A DNA stretch of 64,000 bases, taken from positions 93,622,001 through 93,686,000 of the forward strand of contig OZ076409.1 of NCBI GenBank assembly GCA_964187785.1, read 5' to 3'. The DNA comes from Amphiscolops sp. MND2022. Taxonomy: Eukaryota. A model generated the notes under the pieces. That model searched no databases, was not told where the DNA came from, and worked only from the letters and a program-made list of their open reading frames with translations. This document shows, piece by piece, positions 13,420 through 27,190 of this stretch (within the stretch, counting starts at the first letter, position 1; the number at the start of each line of letters is the position of its first letter). The translations under genes and the position numbers were made by a program.

Positions 13420-14416
13420 AACAAGACGCCCGCTAAGCACCGGGATATTTTCCGCCCTCTTCGCCTTCACCAACTAAACCATAGCTACATTTTTAGCCTG
13501 TATTTTGGGAGGTGAGAATAGGGTCTGAAGAATTATATCTAAAATTAGGGATTTTAGATCTGATTCCCGTTCTGAAATTTTGAATCTAATTCCTTTTAGA
13601 TCTTATTCCCTTTTTTGACTTTAGATATTATGCCCCTCTAAGCTAGTTTAGTTACTTGACTGTTTTAGTTACTAATAACTAAAATAGTCAAGTAACTAAG
13701 TGAATTGGAGTGAGAGAGTGTAGAGAAGAGTGAAATGAAGAGTGGAGTAATGGCCTAATTTGGAAAAAAAAACGCATCACAGATCAATATTTTCCTCCCT
13801 CAAATAAATTTGTGGTGTCGGAAAATAAAAAATACAGAATTTGGACACTGGTTAGATGCGAGACTGTTTTGAATCTAATCGTCAAATCATAATTTTGTGC
13901 ACGTGAACAAGCGTACTAAAACATAGACGAAGAGGCAAATCATTTTCACGTGAGTTTTTGTACAAGTTGAGTAAATCTTTAGCTTCTCATTTTATTTTGT
14001 GCTCTCAGCCGACTGTCTTTTTCGTTCTTTTTACAGCTCGCCTTTTTATTTTCAATGGGGAGGAAAATCATCATCTGTGTTGCGTTTTTTTTCCAAATTC
14101 TGCCGAACTTCCACGTTCCGTCACTTGACTCACCACCGTAGGTGGTGAGTCAAGTAACTATAGTAACTTGACTACTTAGTTACTTGACTATTTTAGTAGG
14201 AGGGGGGAATAAGATCTAAAGTCAAAAATGGGATTAAGATCAAAAGGGAATAAGATCTAAAATTTCAGGACGGGAATAAGATCTAAAGGTAAGATCTAAA
14301 ATCACTAAATTTTAGATCTTATCATTTAGATCCTATTCCCCTCCCAAAATAGCTATGGCAAAGTGATTAAGGCGAAAAGGGAGGAAAATATCCCGGTGCT
14401 TAGCGGGCGTCTTGTT
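13420..14416. mobile_element. ~1-kb fold-back element with long imperfect inverted arms
   Basis: aacaagacgcccgctaagcaccgggatattttcc at 13420 exactly inverted at the end (14416); inner gggaataagatctaaa and agtcaagtaact motifs also mirrored. Confidence 0.8.
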
Positions 14417-14512
14417 TGTTTGTTCTATCCCATGTCTTGCCTTTCGCGCCATTTTTTTCTACATTTTTCTTGTTTCTTACACGCTTCAAGGTTTATTATG
14501 TTTTTTGTGGTG

Positions 14513-14913
14513 TTTTTAGTTTGCGCATTTCAACAAAATGAACCCGACTATAACAGTGGCAAGTTTTTTTCTCGTCAGATAACAGAATGTATGCATAGTG
14601 GACACTTTTTACAGAACTACTAAACTAAGGACCGCCAAACGGAAACGCATCTTAGTTAGTGCAAAGGGTCCCCCCTTTTATTTACTCCATTTTTAACGTA
14701 AGATACAAAAAAGTACGAGACTATAGGGTCCCCCTTTGAGTTTTTTCGTCACTGTGCAACTTTTTCGAAGTTTTTTTGTCTCCAAAGGGTCTCCCTTCAA
14801 GTCCCTTGCAACAAACTGAACTTTCAAAAAGCCCAGAGGGTCCCCCTTTTACTACTTTAAAACTTTGGATTTTTGAGCCTTAGATATAGCACTGTAGACG
14901 TTCCCGTCTTGTT
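14513..14913 (+). mobile_element. Diverged Helentron/DINE-like element copy
   Basis: Starts tttttagt...ccgactat, internal aagggtcccccttt repeats, ends ttttgagccttagatat...gttcccgtcttgtt like 59990-60526. Confidence 0.55.
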
Positions 14914-16442
14914 TGCTTGGGTCCAACATTTTAACTGCCTCAGATAAAGTTTGTCTTCAAAACCCCTAACATTTAGGAGAACTTGAGTTGAAACGGAATT
15001 TCAGTAACTTGATCGTTCGTGACAAAATTTGTTTCGAAGAAAGTATTTTCGGTGTGAGCAGTTTTTATCCGAGTACTTCATTGCGATTTTTAACATCGTG
15101 TATCTCTAAACTTTAGTAAAGTTGTGTTTGTGTTCGCGTGCACAAAGGGGGTTTTTAATTGCTATCTTCAGAGCATGAATGGATGACAAATGAATTGAAG
15201 AATTTATTGAATCGTTGTTCAACTATAAAGCAAAGTTGGTTTACGTTAGTCAATGAAAAGAAGATTCAGGTAAAGTACTCAAAAGGAATGAAACTTAAGG
15301 CTTGGTTGCAAGATTACGGGCTCATGAGTGAACCAGCAGCTAGAAGTAAAAATTAACGTTATAATGAACAGAGCAGTACCTGTTTCCCAAGTTGTTTCAA
15401 CCCAAAATGTCTTCAGAAGATTCACAAAACGTTAAAGATACTTTAGCAGGTACCAGACAAATCGGTGTCTGAGGAAAAACTCCGATTCGAGGCATTTGAA
15501 CCTGCTGCACAAAAGCAGTGCTTCTGTATGGCTTGGTGAACCGAATGAAAAAGATGATCAAATTGCGTAACCTTTGAACTAAACACACTTCACTATGAAA
15601 ATATTCAGATGTTCATCAAATGATCGACAAGGACCGACAAACGTTCAAACTTCATCCGAAATCTATCGAGAACCGGGTTCAGTAAAAGACTAAAAACATA
15701 GAACCCAAAAAAGAACACGAACAACCGAAATGGTACGTTCGTGGCTAAACACGAAAAGCGAAACTTTTTTCTTTAATGGAAAAACAAAGCATGAAAACCG
15801 AATGACCGTTAAAGGCTCGGTAACATCAAAGAGAACGGTTACGTAACGTAAAAGTCTTTCGTGTTACTACGCTTTCAAGGTTACTATGAGAGGCTATGAT
15901 TACTTTAGTTCGTGTCCCGAACAACTTGACATTGAAGAACGTAAAATTTCAATTCCGTTCTCTGGATATTTCATCAAACGCAGGTTTACGATTCGCAACA
16001 AGATCAAATTTAAACTTTCTGGAAAAGTGTAGTGTATAGTTTTTCTGTCAATAGGATTATGTGGTCAGTTTTTTTTCGCATCTGAAATATTGCTGGAGTT
16101 TTTGTTATTTTAATAAGTTTCATACTTTTGTACTTCTTTGAAAAAACCTCTAATTTCAAAATTAGCTTCTCATTAGAACTTTCCTAGGTGTCGCGACATT
16201 CCATAGCTAATTCAACATGATTTTATTGAATATGTTAGAAATTACTGATAATCACCTAACAAAAAATGTACACTTTTGGAGCTTAAATTATGTTGAGTTC
16301 AACCGTGAATACATCAAACAATTCAAGAACGGGAAAAAAATTAAAATTCAACGTGACTAAAACTATAATCAATTCACCAATTGCAAAAGAACTGCAAAAG
16401 AACGCTCTTTGGAAAAAAACAATTACTATTATAATTATTTAA

Positions 16443-16635
<193 letters not shown>

Positions 16636-17492
16636 TTCTATAGACACACTTCCTTCCCATCGATTTGATCACTGCTATGAAAAGAAAACAAAGACCTTCA
16701 AGGAATGGAAATTTTTCCAAAAAAAATGAAATACGACGCTTGAATAGCGCTAACCACAGCCGTTCGTTACACTGAGATGAAATGAGTTATTACCCCAGAA
16801 TTTTGATTAAATGTATTCTTGGAGTCAAAAGTAGTTTGTCAGCTGAAAATTAATCATGTTGCTTCCAAAAAATCTACGATCGAGACAGCATGGCGGGTGT
16901 GATTTTCCTGGCGCAGAAAATGTCGACATAAATCATTTCGCAATATTATAAACTTTATTCAATATATATAATACAGGTTGGTTCATCAGATGTATACTTT
17001 CTGAAAGCTCTGATTAAATTCTAGTAAAAGTCTATTTTGACGTTTTTATGGATGAGTTGACAAATTGAAAAGAATTTTTATTTATTGTGTCATCGCAACG
17101 CCTCCTTAGTATTATGGTTTCCTAGGAATCAAGCTAATTACCACCCTCCTTCTTCACATTTTTCAATTTGCTTCCAAGATCATACATATTTTTGATGCCA
17201 GTTTCAATGCTAGATGTTTCCTTATAAGCCTACGTTATTACGCAACTCATAGGTTACAACGATATGTTTATTATCAACGTTAAGATCACTAAGGCTAAGA
17301 TTAAAACAGTGAGGTGTATGTATCTTTTATTCAACTGTATCACACGTGGTTTTCAAAGTACAATGATATATCTATACGTAAACAAAAATACTGAATGAAG
17401 TTAATTAGAGTCTGTTTGTAAATGCGTACTAGACGACTCTCAGGCTATGACAGTTTTTCAGTTTATTATTGGCAGTCTGACCTCTGCATCTC

Positions 17493-19070
17493 GGTGTCAG
17501 GACATTTCGTCCTATGCAATTTCAACCTATGCAATTTCAACCGCTGCCAATTCAACCGTTCACAATTTCAACCGCTTGCAATTTCATCCGTTCACACTTT
17601 CAACCTTTTGCAATTTCAACCTACGGCAATTTCAACCTATAACACTCTCACCTAATTGCTCTCAAACCGTGCTAATTATGAAAGCCTTTATGGTAATTAG
17701 TAAAGCTATAAAAAGAGTCCAGCAACTAATAATAATCTTTCACACTATGAAATGTGATAATATTTTGCAACGTTTTAATAGTATAAATAGCGAAGTCAAC
17801 TGAATTATAACTAGTCCACACAACAAGTCCAATAATTTTGAATAACAAAGCTCAAAATGTTAATTCAAATTATAAAATCAAATAGAGGGGGCAATATTGC
17901 AGTACACAACGGTTACTGTTACAATCAAAAACAAGTCACTTCAAGTTGCATTCATTGGAGATGCACAAAATACTATTCAATTAAGTGCCCTGCCGTTTGG
18001 AAGACAAACCAGAACGTGGTCATTAGTTTGAAAGACAGTCACACTCATGAAAGCGACCCTTCCGAGTGTAGAGCGAAAGAAGTTGTTAACCAAATTAAAC
18101 AGAAGTCAGAGTCATTGGCACCAACGGTGGCCATAGCAAGTGAAACTTCGGTAATCTCCGACGATTATGCAATCCAGCTTTCATTGCCGAAAAAAGAAAA
18201 TTTAATCAGAACAGCTTGCCGCAAGCGACAAAGAGAGAATAGAATTGACGCCCCAACCCCGATTGATCGCCATTTTGACATTCCCGAAGAATTCGAAAAC
18301 TTTCTTCTGGATGACAGCGGAAAAGATGACAGCGAACGAATTTTGATGTTTGGCGATACAACAATGAAAAATTTGCTCACTTTTTCGAAAACATGGCTGA
18401 TTGATGGAACTTTCAAATTATCACCGGACAATTTTTACCAAATATACACAATCCACATTGAGTTAAAAGGTTTTGCACCCCCTTGTGTTTATTTACTACT
18501 ACCCAACAAAACGGAAAAAACAAACGCCGAACCTGATCGCATCCTTGCAGATTTTGAAAAAGCAGCATTCAACGCATTCAGCAAAAAATTTCCCGATGCG
18601 AACATTTCATGCTGCTACTTTCACTTGACACAATCGTTTAACCGTAAAATAAACGAAATTGGTCTAAAAATTGGACAACTAACAGCGTAGAAGGATGGCA
18701 TTATGGACTTCAAGCTTATTTCACTGGCTCCCAACCAAACGTATGGTTGCTCCTACGGAATTTGGATAAAGATTCGAAAATGCAGAAATTTAAATACCTT
18801 CAAGAGACGACTGGAATTGTTTGTTCCAAGCGCCCCCGTTATGAAAAAATCAAAAAACAGATGCAAGTCATACAAAGTGGCTACACTTTCGAGAACGTCT
18901 TGCCTCATTTGCGAGCAGTCGCCAACTTGAAACGGCGAGCGGTTGAAATTGCAAGCGGTTGAAGTTGCATGCGGTTGAAAATTGCAAGCGGTTGAAAGTG
19001 TAATAGGTTGAAATGACAGCGGTTGAAATTGCATAGGTTGAAATTGTATAGGACGAAATGACATGTAACC
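17493..19070 (+). mobile_element. Mutator-like (MULE) DNA transposon, internally deleted
   Basis: TIRs ggt..ca...catttcgtcctat with arrays of atttcaacc subrepeats; 9-bp TSD ctgcatctc (17484-17492) / ctgcatctt (19071-19079). Confidence 0.92.
17857..18930 (+). pseudogene. FLYWCH + MULE DDE transposase, deleted and frameshifted
   Basis: ORF 17857-18690: GYCY...WRC...CPA...HTH (FLYWCH), WLIDGTFK, ILADFEKA, CYFHLTQ; catalytic-E block TTNSVEGWH follows in another frame from ~18676. Confidence 0.88.
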
Positions 19071-20123
19071 CTGCATCTTACTATCAATTGTCCTATTTTA
19101 AATGTCTAAAAACATTTTTTGTTCAATTTCGGTGTATTTGCAATCATAAAACTCAAGAAGATTGCAAAAGATGGTAGATGTATACTTTCAAAGTGTGTGA
19201 AAGTTCTGAAAGTGCGCTTTCGTTTCAGTTAATTGAGTAACTCTCATCGTGTACCCGATTCCTCAGTTTTTTAGTTCCTTTTGTCGTTACCGCTGCGAGG
19301 GTAACAAAAGCATATTATTTGTTTTGTTGCACAAGGTCTTGTCGTGAAAGGGTAAAAGGGTTCCTGGATCTTTTCTGTTAATTCCCCCCACCAATTTAAG
19401 GACTTCTGAAAAAATTGCATTTCGCCAAAACGTGAATATTGGAAAAATATAACGTTTTTATTGCAAAAATATACTATTTTCTTAGCGCGAAAGGAATAAT
19501 CACTTTTGCTAATGCTTGCGCTATTCAAACCAAACACGGTGCCAACAAATTTTGAAATGAAAAGTGTGCTAAAGAGTATGAGCTACTGAAAAACCGAATC
19601 AGAAGTTGCAAAAAAGGTAAGCATTTTTAAACTTTTGCTAGATTAATGCCACATAATTTCGGTCACGTTATAAACTGCTCACTAGCGTAAATTTCAGCGG
19701 GCTATTTGGAAAGAGGTGGTTGAGTCATCAAAAGAGTAGTTGCGAAATCGAAGTCTGAATACAACGTGATTTCGTCGATAACGAATTGAGAATTATTTTC
19801 GACATTAATTGCAATAGTGAAAACTAAAGTGTAATCGTGCAGAAAGTTGTAACAATGAATTTTCTATTTTATAAAATGTTTCGCTGCATGCAGGCCTGCA
19901 GCATGTAAAAAGTTCAGCTTTCAATACCTCTAAAAGCTGAGAGTAACGTATTCAAAGTTGACTTCGAAGTTTTTTTTAAAAAATGAGCAACACTATGAAA
20001 TTTTATGCGCTGCTGTTGTTTAAAGTTTCATTTTCCAAAAACTTCATATTAAAAGAGCAATTTCACCTGAAACATTACATCATCTGTTCAATTAGTGGGG
20101 GCATTCCAATTTTTGTCGAATCC

Positions 20124-21614
20124 AAGTAAATTCAAGTGAATCTCTATGAATCCTTTTCTTCACTACGGTTTTAAGAAACGGTGGTTTTCCGAACAGTCTT
20201 TGACCCATAGTCTTCAATTAAAACTTTTTTTTGAATGCTCTCGAATAAATACAGTATACTGTATTTATTCGAGAGCATTCAAAAGAAAAGGTTTAATTGA
20301 AGACTATGGGTCAAAGACTGTTCGGAAAACCACTGTTTCTTAAAACCGTAGTGAAGAAAAGGATTCATAGAGATTCACTTGAATTTACTTCACATATAAC
20401 AATTTTAGACAGAACGAAAACGAATGTTTTTACCAGTCACGGAAATCAAAGTCACTAGTATTTTGCTCTACTGTATTTATTCGAGAGCATTCAAAAGAAA
20501 AGGTTTAATTGAAGACTATGGGTCAAAGACTGTTCGGAAAACCACCGTTTCTTAAAACCGTAGTGAAGAAAAGGATTCATAGAGATTCACTTGAATTTAC
20601 TTCACATATAACAATTTTAGACAGAACGAAAACGAATGTTTTTACCAGTCACGGAAATCAAAGTCACTAGTATTTTGCTCTACTGTATTTATTCGAGAGC
20701 ATTCAAAAGAAAAGGTTTAATTGAAGACTATGGGTCAAAGACTGTTCGGAAAACCACCGTTTCTTAAAACCGTAGTGAAGAAAAGGATTCATAGAGATTC
20801 ACTTGAATTTACTTCACATATAACAATTTTAGACAGAACGAAAACGAATGTTTTTACCAGTCACGGAAATCAAAGTCACTAGTATTTTGCTCTACTGTAT
20901 TTATTCGAGAGCATTCAAAAGAAAAGGTTTAATTGAAGACTATGGGTCAAAGACTGTTCGGAAAACCACCGTTTCTTAAAACCGTAGTGAAGAAAAGGAT
21001 TCATAGAGATTCACTTGAATTTACTTCACATATAACAATTTTAGACAGAACGAAAACGAATGTTTTTACCAGTCACGGAAATCAAAGTCACTAGTATTTT
21101 GCTCTACTGTATTTATTCGAGAGCATTCAAAAGAAAAGGTTTAATTGAAGACTATGGGTCAAAGACTGTTCGGAAAACCACCGTTTCTTAAAACCGTAGT
21201 GAAGAAAAGGATTCATAGAGATTCACTTGAATTTACTTCACATATAACAATTTTAGACAGAACGAAAACGAATGTTTTTACCAGTCACGGAAATCAAAGT
21301 CACTAGTATTTTGCTCTACTGTATTTATTCGAGAGCATTCAAAAGAAAAGGTTTAATTGAAGACTATGGGTCAAAGACTGTTCGGAAAACCACCGTTTCT
21401 TAAAACCGTAGTGAAGAAAAGGATTCATAGAGATTCACTTGAATTTACTTCACATATAACAATTTTAGACAGAACGAAAACGAATATTTTTACGAGTCAC
21501 AGAAATCAAAATCACTAGTATTTTGCACTATATTGCAAAATACTAGTGATTTTGATTTCTGTGACTCGTAAAAATATTCGTTTTCGTTCTGTCTAAAATT
21601 GTTATATGTGAAGT
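20124..21614. repeat. 212-bp tandem array (6 copies) bounded by two long palindromes, structure A'(AB)6B'
   Basis: Units start 20257, 20469, 20681, 20893, 21105, 21317; 20124-20256 is the reverse complement of 20257-20390; 21534-21614 is the reverse complement of 21447-21527. Confidence 0.95.
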
Positions 21615-22234
21615 TACGTCATTTTAAATTGCTTTTATTTTCAAATCAAACCCCAAAACAAGCCTGAAAGTTTCTTTGTGTCGCTTTCGTCTAACTTGGA
21701 TTAAATAAATAAACTTGTCTTAATGCAGGAGCTGAAATGACGTTGCTTCGACTCATATGTTTACAAAAAATTTGAGGAGGTATTCATTTTTTTCCAAATC
21801 ATCTTTTTACTTACGTTTGAAATTTATCCGGCGTAGGTGCGTTTGACGTCAGAGATTCAAGGACGATAAGTTCGAGCATTTTCCAGCGTTGTAAGTACAA
21901 TTAATTTTTTATAGTCGCACAAAGTGTGCATAACAAAAGACGTCATTATGACATTCTTTGGTACTTTTTAATCAATTTTTTAAAAACAGATTTTCAAGAA
22001 TGGCGATAATTTTCTCTTGGAAAGGCACTCGCATGTTGTATTTGTGATTTTATTAAAAAGAAGGTTTTTGCAAGCAACCTCTATACTATTTTGAAGTGTA
22101 TCCAACCGTAAAACCAAATGAAATTGTAGCTACCAAATGGTATCTCATTAATGAATGTATACAAATCACAAGAGGTTGTTTAGGATCCGTTTTCTTCAAC
22201 TCTAAGTTAAATGTAACATTGACACAACCGAATA

Positions 22235-22590
22235 GGTGTCATGTCAAAATAACGCAAGTCAAAATGACAGAGGTCGAAATACCAGAGGTCTCAGGACTCT
22301 CTAGATAGATTATTATTATTTATTAAAATAGTGCAACTACAGTATTGTCTACTGTTTGATAAACGTAACTCAGTTAATGATCCCTTTCTTCTGAAAACAC
22401 TAAAAGCATTCCATACCGAACTTGTTCATAACTTTGCTTCATTGCCCAATTCTGTCATGCCGATGAGTCACTTTGACTCGTCATTATTTAGACCTGGTAT
22501 TATGTCCCTGTGGTGTTTTGTCTTTATGGCATTTTGATCTTGGTGTTATGTCTTCTGGAATTTAGTTTTCTGGTATTTTGACCAGCAACC
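22235..22590. mobile_element. MULE-like MITE
   Basis: Ends ggtgtcatgtcaaaata / tattttgaccagcaacc with short subrepeats; flanks accgaata / accgacta (7/8 TSD match). Confidence 0.6.
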
Positions 22591-24439
22591 ACCGACTAAA
22601 TCAGACATCAATTCATAATATAGTAAATTTTGATATTCAGCAATCCATTTAGCGAATCTCAATTATTTGAGAAAAAATGAAAAATTCCATTTTTTCTATT
22701 TGATGCAACAAAAAATTGATACATCGCTACTGTAAATTTCTGTCCAAACGCACCCTAACCATTATTCAAACTGATCTGGCCTTGAAAGTCCAAAATTGAA
22801 AGAATTGAGGTGGAAAAGTCCAGATATGGCAAGACTTCAGAACAAAAGAATTGCTGATAGAAGAGCTAATCTTTTGAAGCATTCCCTGGAAACCTCCCAA
22901 ACCGAATTGAAATTGCGTCACAATTTTTGACAAGAGACAATTACTTCGAATTTCACCATCCTGAGTTCCTTCTTTTCTTGCTTCAAGAGCCGATTGCGAC
23001 TTTCTGTAAGCCTGTCTTAGTGGGAAGTGGCAGATTTCTTTTATTTATCGCGAATTGACGTAAACAGTCAAAAGAATCACTGGCTTATTTCGGTTGAACG
23101 GAATATTGATTAAAATGGGCCGGTTGTTTCTTTGTGCGTATGATAAAGACCTTAGCCTTGTTGAAATGGCTTGGAGTTTTTTTTAGTGTTTTTTTTAGTT
23201 TTTGCATGTTCTTGGAAACTGCAGTGTAATGTTCTATGAGATTTGCCGGAAGATTACTGCACTTTCTATGTTTGATGAAAAATTACCCTGCATGCAGGCC
23301 TGCAGCATGTAAAAACCAGTAATTTCTAATGAAAGCTTTCGTGACTATCCGTATACTTAAAAATCCACTATTAGCACTTTCTTATTAAAATTGTCTGCTA
23401 CTGTAGTCTTGGTTCTTTAATTATAAAAGTGAACGAGAGTAGAAGGTCTAATTTGTTTTTTTTTCTTCGGAATTAAGGTTTTACAGATTTTTTTTTCATT
23501 CTCGAAGCTTGTTTAAAAAACTTAGAGATTCGAATTTTTTTCTTAAGGACCATCAGTTTTTCTTACTGAAACCCCATCGTGTGAAGGTGAAAGTCATAAA
23601 GTTTTTTGTAGCCGCAAGTGTCCTTCGAGCAAGTCTAAGAAATTACTATACAAACAACGAAATCATTGTGTATGTGGTACAATTTTATGTTAGCCGATCC
23701 AATTTCACTGCAATCTAGGAGTACAGTGAGTTTTAAACTGGCACGACCCTAACTCTTAATTCAGGGATAATTCTCTGAACAAATTACGCAATTTTAATGG
23801 AAATTCAAAGAGTCTCTCACTTTTTGCTTGTTTAGTGTGGTGCTCGGTCTTTTGGGGGTATATCCGATTATATTCGATCAGGTCGGCTAACTACACAGTC
23901 GACCAGTTGAGCGTTCTGCTAAATGCAGGAAATCGGTTCAGAATTGCTGCATTTATTTTACAAATCATCCTGATCAATATCACATTTATATTTGCAACTC
24001 TCTTTGCTATAGGTTTTTGTTGCAACTGCCAAAAACAACTCAAATCAAAAGCCAAAACTTTGAATGCGCAATTTTTTTGTTGGAAATTCATTTTGACAAA
24101 AAAGTTGATCAGCAAGCATTTTCAGAACAGAAACAATGACATTTTCATTTGAAACTTTATTTCAAACCCAACCGCAGATTTGAACAAACGAGCATGGTCA
24201 CATCAAACAGAACATATTACAACAGTTGCAAACATTTTTTGTGAAAAGCTGCAGCAGCTCTTGGGGAAAAAGATGAACCCGTCCTTAACTACAACGCAGA
24301 ACAAAGCGACAGGCAGAAACGGTTACTTATCCGTGTCCGAAACTGTTAAATCAAGCGCAACCTTGCGTTGATGGCTGTGCAAGAGCAACCCGTAGAACAA
24401 CCCCGTACGGCGCAGGCACTGAGATTCACTCAACAACAG

Positions 24440-25330
24440 TACCTGCGTATACATGGCTCCTCCCGTACCGATGATTATAACCAATACGTTGGTTTGCGAA
24501 CTAGGTTTGTTTAAACGGCGCCGCATGCGCTTTGACTTTGGCTAAACTCAGGCATATTTTGAGGGAAACAAAGAAAGCCCTCCGGAAGATCCATTAAAGA
24601 TACTGCAGAAAGAGTAATGACTTACATTGATGATATAGTAACTGCTAGAGACCATTGAGAATCGTTCGGCGAGGATTTCAGTAGTCTTTGAATGTCTCCA
24701 AGAAGCAAGTTTCGGATTGCACGCCCAGATGTGGAATCATTTGCGGACTGAGTTCGAATGCCTTAGAAAGAGAGTTTCGATGAGATGCATCAAGCGGGAT
24801 ACTCAAGCGACACGTAAGATCCAGAAAACGATTCCGCCCAGGATCAAAGAAGAACGACAGAGTCTTCATCGCCTTCCATGCCGCAAAGGTGCAACAGATG
24901 CAAAAACTGTTGAGAAATGAGGCGTTTGACTTTGTGAAATTAGGCGGCCCCGAAATAAAAGGGAGTTTTGTCTTTTACAGGGAAGTCAGTTCGTTAGCAA
25001 CTGTTGGCATCCTGCACTAAAGGCAAAAATTCTATAATAATATCCCTCGTCTATGGCAGTAGGTTGTTTAAAAAGAATAAACTCAATTATGAAGCACCAA
25101 AACTAGAGGTTTTTTGTATCGTTTCTCTTTTAGAGAAGTGTTTCGTACCTGATTGGTCGTGAGTTCGCACTCAGCTTGGACTACCTAGCCCTTTCATGGT
25201 TGAAAACCTATTCAATGGACCTAGCCATGATTCGACGATGCTTTGCCCGTCTTGACCAGTTTCATTTCCAATCAGTCCATAGACCCTGCATACAAGACCA
25301 GATTGCAGATGCTCTGAGCTAGAGGACGAA
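24440..25330 (+). pseudogene. pol: Highly decayed Gypsy RT-RNaseH remnant of the giant-element lineage
   Basis: Fragments VCELGLFKRRRM, VMTYIDDIVTA, LSWLKTYSMDLAMI, ADALS mirror motifs of the giant element's RT/RNaseH. Confidence 0.75.
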
Positions 25331-27095
25331 ATGATACTTCCATCGCTAATAGATCATCGAAGCATTGTCAGACGTGAAAAATGGTTTCATCCTCATATTG
25401 AAGCGAGAATGAGGACCTCTGGACTCTTCCTCATATAGACAAAACGGGAGGTTGATAACAGTCGACCAAGAGCTTTCCGTTGAGGCTCGAGCCCACTTGC
25501 GACACTTCTTCATACTATGAAAGAAACACATCATGGAGACGGAATCTGACGAGCCAGAAGTTACAACACCATTGTGTCCACAAGTTATTTGAGAAACAAC
25601 CCCTACGACATAAAAGAATGGCAGACCAAATTGCATCTCGAATTTACATACAAAGTGCCGTCGACACGTCTTGACACTGCTGTACACGACATAGCGCTGG
25701 GTCAATTTCCCATGCAACGCCAGTGTTAACCAGACGAACTGAGATTAGCGAGTACCGATCTGTACGAGCGCCCTTGCAGCCGTACACGGACGGACTTCAA
25801 ACTGTCCCCAGCTCTAAATAGAGATGTTAATTTGTTTGCGCTCAAGGAGAAAATGAGTAACGAATCTTTGAACGATAGCGAAGCTTTAAAAAAATTCTTC
25901 TAGTTTCGTTTCTCGTCAGAAACTGTATCACACTGTTGACAAAATACAATTAATGCCGTCGGTCATGAAGTCTGCTAAAACACCCTACCTCGAAAACGCA
26001 AAGTGTTGCCAACATTTTTCAACATGCTTTTTAAAAATGCTCACATAAATTTTCATTTCTTAACGTTTCTCCTCATTTATTCAACTTGTATCAAGCTGTT
26101 CAAAAGAAGCATGATAACACACTTAATACGCGAAAGCAGTTCTATTTTCGCATGCATCTGGGACGTTGTCGATTTTACCACCATTTTTATGCAGAGTAAT
26201 TTCATAAAAAGTACAAATTGACAAGTTCAAACAAGGTAGTGGCCTTTCCATCTACCGAGATTTTCAAGGCTAAGGTCAACTCAGATGGGATGGGAGACCC
26301 CTGAGGAATAATACAGACTAATTCGCATGGTTATGACGCAAGAAACGCAAGAATAATGATGACGCAAGAATAATAAATCATAACTAGTCGGAATTTAGTA
26401 TCATTTGCCCGTAAATCATTCACGTGTTCTTGCTGAGGTAATCAAAGTGCATGCTCACAAATGCTTGTAATATTTACGAGGATTATTTATTTTCCTTATA
26501 TTATTAGATGATTTCAAAAACTATTTTTGAAGTCCATTGAAAAAAAAACGAGATCGTGCGCTAGGGAGCAGCCAGGAACGGTCTTATCTGAACTAATATT
26601 AGCTGGGAACTTATCACTGGGGAATAGTAATATTTTTAGACCTTGTCAATCAATATCCAAGTTTTATTATTCGTAGCCCAAAAGACAGATAGATTAAATT
26701 CCATTTTCATAATCTTCCAACGTTCAGCTCATTATCGCGATGTAGAAATTGTCGTATTCGAAGTAGAATTTCAAAATATAGTCAACATTTATGTGATTAC
26801 GCTGGAAAGATTGCTAATTGCCTGAATAAAAATCCGTGAAGGTAAAAGTAAGATAGAAACATGGTATGAATGTTATTAACTAGTAACTATGGATTTTTGT
26901 TCACGTTGCTAAAAAGACTGCACATATGATGTCGATTAGACTGCAAAAAGTCTAGTTTTTTGCTCAATCGATCTTCGAAGTTTAATCTTCAGAAGCAGTG
27001 ATGCATTAAAATGCAGTTATATATTTCGTTAAACACACATAGAAAAATTTGGCAGCTGCTTGATATTTGAAGGGAATCCAATGTATTATATTACC

Positions 27096-27190
27096 GGTGT
27101 CAGGGCATTTCAGTCTATGCAAATTCAACCGCTCACAATTTCAACCTATTGCATTTTCAACCTTATGCAATTTCGACCTAAACCAATTTC
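27096..27190 (+). mobile_element. Left end of a MULE-family element
   Basis: ggtgtcagggcatttc...atttcaacc subrepeats match the 17493 terminus; no right end found. Confidence 0.55.

Noticed and set aside
17422..17803. ORFs overlapping MULE ends (also 18753-19087)
   Set aside because: Translations of the atttcaacc subterminal repeats.
20257..21528. CRISPR-like array (also 2762-3923)
   Set aside because: Units are identical end to end with no unique spacers; no cas genes; eukaryotic context.
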